Source: an uncultured Candidatus Binatia bacterium
Lineage (GTDB): Bacteria > Desulfobacterota > Binatia > UBA9968 > JAJDTQ01
Assembly: GCA_965213675.1 (NCBI GenBank)
Contig: OZ243916.1
Location: 2,848,001 to 2,912,000 of the forward strand
Reading direction: 5' to 3'
DNA: 64,000 bases
Numbering within the stretch: the first letter of the stretch is position 1; the number at the start of each line of letters is the position of its first letter. The notes under the pieces are model-generated. The model did not search any database. It had not been told where the DNA came from and was given only the letters and a program-made list of their open reading frames with translations. Positions 60,488 to 64,000 of the stretch are shown piece by piece. The position numbers and the translations under genes were made by a program.

Positions 60488-60565
60488 CGCCGCGGTTTGC
60501 CGGCCGGAGAGGATGAAGAGGAGAAGCTGGCGGCAACGGCCTCGGCGCCGGAAAGGAGAAAAAGG

Positions 60566-60892
60566 ATGAAGCAACTCACAGCCTTCGTATTGACGGGACT
60601 CTTCACGCTGCTGCTGTCGGGTGTGGCCCTTGCGGCAGACGCCGCGGGCGGCAGTTCGGCCAGCCTGGTCCCGGGTATCGTCGCACTGGGCGCCGGTCTC
60701 GGCATTGCCATCGCCGCGTTCGGTTGCGCCCTCGCGCAAGGCCGGGTGGGTGGCGCGGCCATGGAGAGCATTGGCCGCAACCCCAATTCCGCCGACAAGA
60801 TCTTCACGCCGTTGATCCTGTCGCTGGCCCTCATCGAAGCGCTGGGCATCTACGCCCTGATCATCGCCTTCCTGCTCGCAGGCAAGGTTTGA
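60566..60892 (+). CDS. atpE: F0F1 ATP synthase subunit c with N-terminal extension
   Basis: GAGLGIAIAAFG...QG...IGRNP...LALIEAL; ATG at 60566 after AGGAG. Confidence 0.95.
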   Translation: MKQLTAFVLTGLFTLLLSGVALAADAAGGSSASLVPGIVALGAGLGIAIAAFGCALAQGRVGGAAMESIGRNPNSADKIFTPLILSLALIEALGIYALIIAFLLAGKV

Positions 60893-60932
60893 CCGTTTCC
60901 GCGCCGCCGCATCGGGCGGCGCGAGGACACTG

Positions 60933-60971
60933 AAAAGGCAGGGGCTGTCATTGACGGCCCCTGCCTTTTTT
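60933..60971 (+). terminator. Rho-independent (probably bidirectional) terminator
   Basis: aaaaggcaggggctgtc-att-gacggcccctgcctttttt. Confidence 0.85.
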
Positions 60972-61102
60972 CGGCGCGGGCGCCCCGGCGCCTGTCGCAG
61001 CGGTGGGCAGTGTGCCGCGAGGCATGGAAAGGGTCCGTGCAGGGGCGACGGGCGGTGGCCCTTGTGACGGATTCTCTGAACAGGGCCACTGGCTGGCCGC
61101 CC

Positions 61103-61564
61103 CTACACGGGCATGGCCACGGGGTGCAGTCTCACGCCGGTGTGTTCGAGGATGTCCGCCACGGTGTCGAGCTTGTACGGTTTCTCGTAGAAGATGTCGC
61201 CGATTCCCGTGTTCACCAGCACCTTGAGGCAATGGATGCACGGGGTATGGGTGATGTAGATGGAGGCGTCCTTGATGCTGGCGCCGTTCTTGGCGGCTTG
61301 GGCGATGGCGTTGATCTCGGCGTGGATGGTGCGGAAGCAGTTCCGCTCCATCTCGCCGTCCGGGTTTCTGGACTCATAGACGAGACAGCCCACCTCCGTG
61401 CAGTGGGGCATGCCCGCGGGCGAGCCATTGTAGCCCGTGGCCAGGATGCTCCGGTCCCGGACGATCACCGCCCCCACCTTGGCGCGGGTGCACGTGGAAC
61501 GTTCGGCCACCTGCCGTGTGATGGTCATGAAGTATTGATCCCAACTCAGCCGTTCGTCTGCCAT
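61103..61564 (-). CDS. dCMP deaminase/ComEB-family protein
   Basis: SWDQYFM, RSTC, TGYNG, HAEINAI, PCIHC. Confidence 0.93.
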   Translation of the reverse strand: MADERLSWDQYFMTITRQVAERSTCTRAKVGAVIVRDRSILATGYNGSPAGMPHCTEVGCLVYESRNPDGEMERNCFRTIHAEINAIAQAAKNGASIKDASIYITHTPCIHCLKVLVNTGIGDIFYEKPYKLDTVADILEHTGVRLHPVAMPV

Positions 61565-61630
61565 CGCCGCCTCCGTGACCGTTTCCGGCCCTTCCATTCC
61601 ACGGGGCCGCCCGTGGAACGGAATGCCACA

Positions 61631-62434
61631 TCAAGCGCTCTCCAGAAGCACCGGTGTACCGACCCGCGCACCGAGACCGGACCGGGCATCGCCTTCGCAC
61701 CGGGAAATCTCCAGGCGCCCCCAGCTATTGAACAGGACGAGGTAGTTGCCGGCGCCGGCCGAGGCGTAGTTGGCGGACAGGCCCCGGATCACATGGCCGG
61801 CGATGCGCACGGACACGGACGCCGGGGCGAGCGCCTCGAGGTCTTCGCCGCGGATGTTGGTAGTCAGGTTGCCGAAACCGTCGATGTAGATCACCTCGCC
61901 GGCGATGCTGCCCGGATGCCGTCTTTGCGGTTCCGGCACCTTGAGGACTGCGAAACTTTCAACGGTTTGTCCCAGCTTCTCGGACGGCGCCCCGGCGGAC
62001 AAGTGGGCGGCGACGGGCGCGAACACGTCGCGGCCGTGGAACGTGGCGCTCGTGGGGTGCAGGTGGTAGTCCGGATTGGACAGGTGGATCACCCGGGCCA
62101 GCCGTTGCCGGCCCGCGGCGACGCTCAACAGCCCGTTGTCCGGGCCGATGTAACAGGCGCGGTCGGTCTCCACGAGAATGGGGCGCCGCCGGCTCCCCAC
62201 CCCTGGATCCACCACCGCCACGTGAATGGCGCCCGAGGGGAAGAAGTCCACCGCGGCCGCCAGCGCCAGCGCGCCGCCCGTTACGTCCTGCGGGGTCACG
62301 CCGTGGGTCAGGTCGATGATGGCGACCGCCGGGTTGATGGCGTGAATGACCCCCTTCATGATGCCCACGAAGGCGTCCCGGTAACCGAAATCGGTGGTGA
62401 GGGTGATGACACGTGCGGCCGGTGTGTTCGTCAT
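61631..62434 (-). CDS. SAM hydroxide adenosyltransferase (DUF62 family)
   Basis: TLTTDFG, VVDPGVGSRRR, GPDNG, TFHGRDVFAP, IDGFGN; Asp-Arg-His triad present. Confidence 0.9.
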   Translation of the reverse strand: MTNTPAARVITLTTDFGYRDAFVGIMKGVIHAINPAVAIIDLTHGVTPQDVTGGALALAAAVDFFPSGAIHVAVVDPGVGSRRRPILVETDRACYIGPDNGLLSVAAGRQRLARVIHLSNPDYHLHPTSATFHGRDVFAPVAAHLSAGAPSEKLGQTVESFAVLKVPEPQRRHPGSIAGEVIYIDGFGNLTTNIRGEDLEALAPASVSVRIAGHVIRGLSANYASAGAGNYLVLFNSWGRLEISRCEGDARSGLGARVGTPVLLESA

Positions 62435-62467
62435 CGGCTCAGGCAGTCCCTCGGGAAAGGCGCCGGG

Positions 62468-62902
62468 TCACGAGTCGCTCTCCATGGGGTAGCCCTTGTC
62501 GGTCCATCCAGGCAACCCCTCGTACAACACTCTCATGTTGCGGTAGCCCTGCTTGTGAAGAATCTGGTAGGCCAGACTGGCCAGGTGGCGGGGGCACTGT
62601 CAATAGAGTACGACGAGGCCCTCCTTCGGCACGGCGGCGCCTCGGTAGAAGGCGCCCAGCGGTATCGAGACGGCTCCCTTGATGTGCCCGTCCCCATAGC
62701 TTCGAGGTTGCCGCACGTCCACGATGGTGAGGGGTTTGCGGTCGAGGATATGCTCAACCAACGTGTCCACGTGGATGTACTGGATCGCGATCTTGTCCGA
62801 GGGCTCCACCTTGGCGTACTCAGGATAGCTCCCGGGGTCGCCCCAGGCGGATGCCGCGACCATCAGCAGCCACACGGTCAGAGCGATCCGGATTCGCCGC
62901 AT
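62468..62902 (-). CDS. Exported rhodanese-domain protein, probable selenoprotein (UGA at 62600-62602, UxC motif)
   Basis: ATG overlaps the VKOR stop (TAATG); signal peptide; IVDVR..Y..GHIKGA; reading through TGA gives VVLY-U-QCPRHLASLAYQILHKQGYRNMRVLYEGLPGWTDKGYPMESDS*, completing the rhodanese fold; hairpin GGCCAGTCTGGCC starting 18 nt after the UGA. Confidence 0.85.
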
Positions 62903-63813
62903 TATCCGTCCTCCGCTTGCGGTTTCTGAACCCCCGCGAAGCCACTCCGGTCCGCCAGCGTTGCGGGTGTCAACACTCCGACGTGACGCTGACCCTTGAT
63001 GACCCACGTGGGATAGGAACGCACACCCGCCGCCAGGCACTTGGTTGCCGTGGGCCCGCTACGTCCGGCAGGACTGCACTCGATGTAGGGAATGCGCTTG
63101 GCGGAAACGCCGAACAAGGCTTTTTGACTCTCGCAGGCGGGGCACCAGAAGGCCCCGTACATCCTGGCGCCGACCTCCTCCAGGTGGACGGCCAGGCCTC
63201 GCAGCCAAGGGTCTTCGTTCGCCGAAGCGTTCACCGTGACGCCCGAATAGAAGACGAGATGCACCGCCAGCACCGCCACCGCGGCGGCGCCGAAGCTCGC
63301 GCCGAGCCAGGGTTTCCAGGGAACGCGGTGGCTGACCTGCGAAACCTGCGCCAGCGTCACGACGAAGATGGCGGCCAGGAGCGCCAGGGAAGTGAGGCAG
63401 TACGGACAGGCGGCCTCCAGCACGAACAGGGAGACGTAGGTCAGGTACAGGCTGTAGGCGACGCCGAAAAGCGAAACCGCGGCCAACGCCTTCCAACGCC
63501 GGCTGCGCCGCTTGATGAGCGCCGCGCCCGCCAGCACCGCGTACGTGAGAAACCCCCAAAGCGAGGTGGGCAGGCCCAACAGTTCCGACCAGCGGCTGTG
63601 GAGCACGACGTCACAGTCGGCCCCGGCCTCGCAGAAGGCGGCCTCCCCGCCCGACCACGCGGTGCCGGTCAGATAACCCGCCAGCACGAGCCCCACCGCG
63701 GCCAGTCCCAGCACCGGCCAGTTGGGCGTCGGCGGCGCAGGCGGCCTGGACCCCGCCGGGGCCTGCTGCGGCCGCGCGCCCCGCGCCCCTGTTTTCCTGG
63801 ATGCCTTGGCCAC
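62902..63813 (-). CDS. VKOR-family protein fused to a thioredoxin-like domain
   Basis: C...DCDVVLHSRWS, CPYC, then MYGAFWCPAC...YIEC...SYPTW. Confidence 0.93.
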   Translation of the reverse strand: MAKASRKTGARGARPQQAPAGSRPPAPPTPNWPVLGLAAVGLVLAGYLTGTAWSGGEAAFCEAGADCDVVLHSRWSELLGLPTSLWGFLTYAVLAGAALIKRRSRRWKALAAVSLFGVAYSLYLTYVSLFVLEAACPYCLTSLALLAAIFVVTLAQVSQVSHRVPWKPWLGASFGAAAVAVLAVHLVFYSGVTVNASANEDPWLRGLAVHLEEVGARMYGAFWCPACESQKALFGVSAKRIPYIECSPAGRSGPTATKCLAAGVRSYPTWVIKGQRHVGVLTPATLADRSGFAGVQKPQAEDG

Positions 63814-64000
63814 TGGTTCCTCCCTTGGGTCGGTCGGCGGCTGATGCCCGCCCGACGGATCGAGCCCATGTGAAACTTACCAATGCCGTGACGACAAGAC
63901 AAGAATGCGACGCTTCCATACCGTGTTTTCCGGACCCCTCTCGAAACGTGCTTCCCGCCGACCCCCCGGAACGTCATTCCCGCCGTCCCCTGGTTCGTCA

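Noticed and set aside
61631-62434. Fluorinase or chlorinase
   Set aside because: The Asp-Arg-His triad (VVDPG, RRR, TFHGRD) marks the SAM hydroxide adenosyltransferase branch.
62600-63040. 146-aa truncated rhodanese or pseudogene as given in the ORF track
   Set aside because: The start is better placed at 62902 and the TGA is better explained as selenocysteine, given the intact downstream frame and SECIS-like hairpin.

Overview
GC-rich bacterial chromosome segment containing the replication origin (dnaA-dnaN with DnaA boxes and a DnaA-trio element). The split F0 operon (atpI-atpB-atpE), lpxA and the gene content suggest a Gram-negative deltaproteobacterial-type organism, possibly Binatia-like and host-associated; this is inference only. 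Housekeeping and metabolic genes include a Zn/metal uptake locus with a Fur-family regulator, thiolase/OB-fold pair, UbiD, Mo-hydroxylase large subunit, Na+-translocating decarboxylase subunits, ExbBD, CcdA, eno, ftsB, tRNA-Gly(CCC), ProVW, polA, gpmI, yacG, lpxA, moaBDE and hemL. An accessory hotspot at about 7.5-18.3 kb holds two translationally coupled three-gene cassettes. Each is led by a TIGR04255-like protein and ends in a different predicted nuclease (PemK/MazF-like or metallo-beta-lactamase fold), and each is followed by the same 463-bp direct repeat. These are the best candidate for an undescribed toxin-antitoxin-chaperone-like defence family. Also notable: a probable exported selenocysteine rhodanese missed by the ORF track (in-frame UGA plus SECIS-like hairpin, coupled to VKOR-Trx); nested CGTC-type REP elements whose densest array abuts a small GIY-YIG nuclease gene; three paralogous coiled-coil membrane protein cassettes sharing an upstream motif; a Slam translocon with a giant stalked lipoprotein; two MITE-like families; and an actinobacterial-like polA. 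All calls come from reading motifs by eye; no database searches were run.
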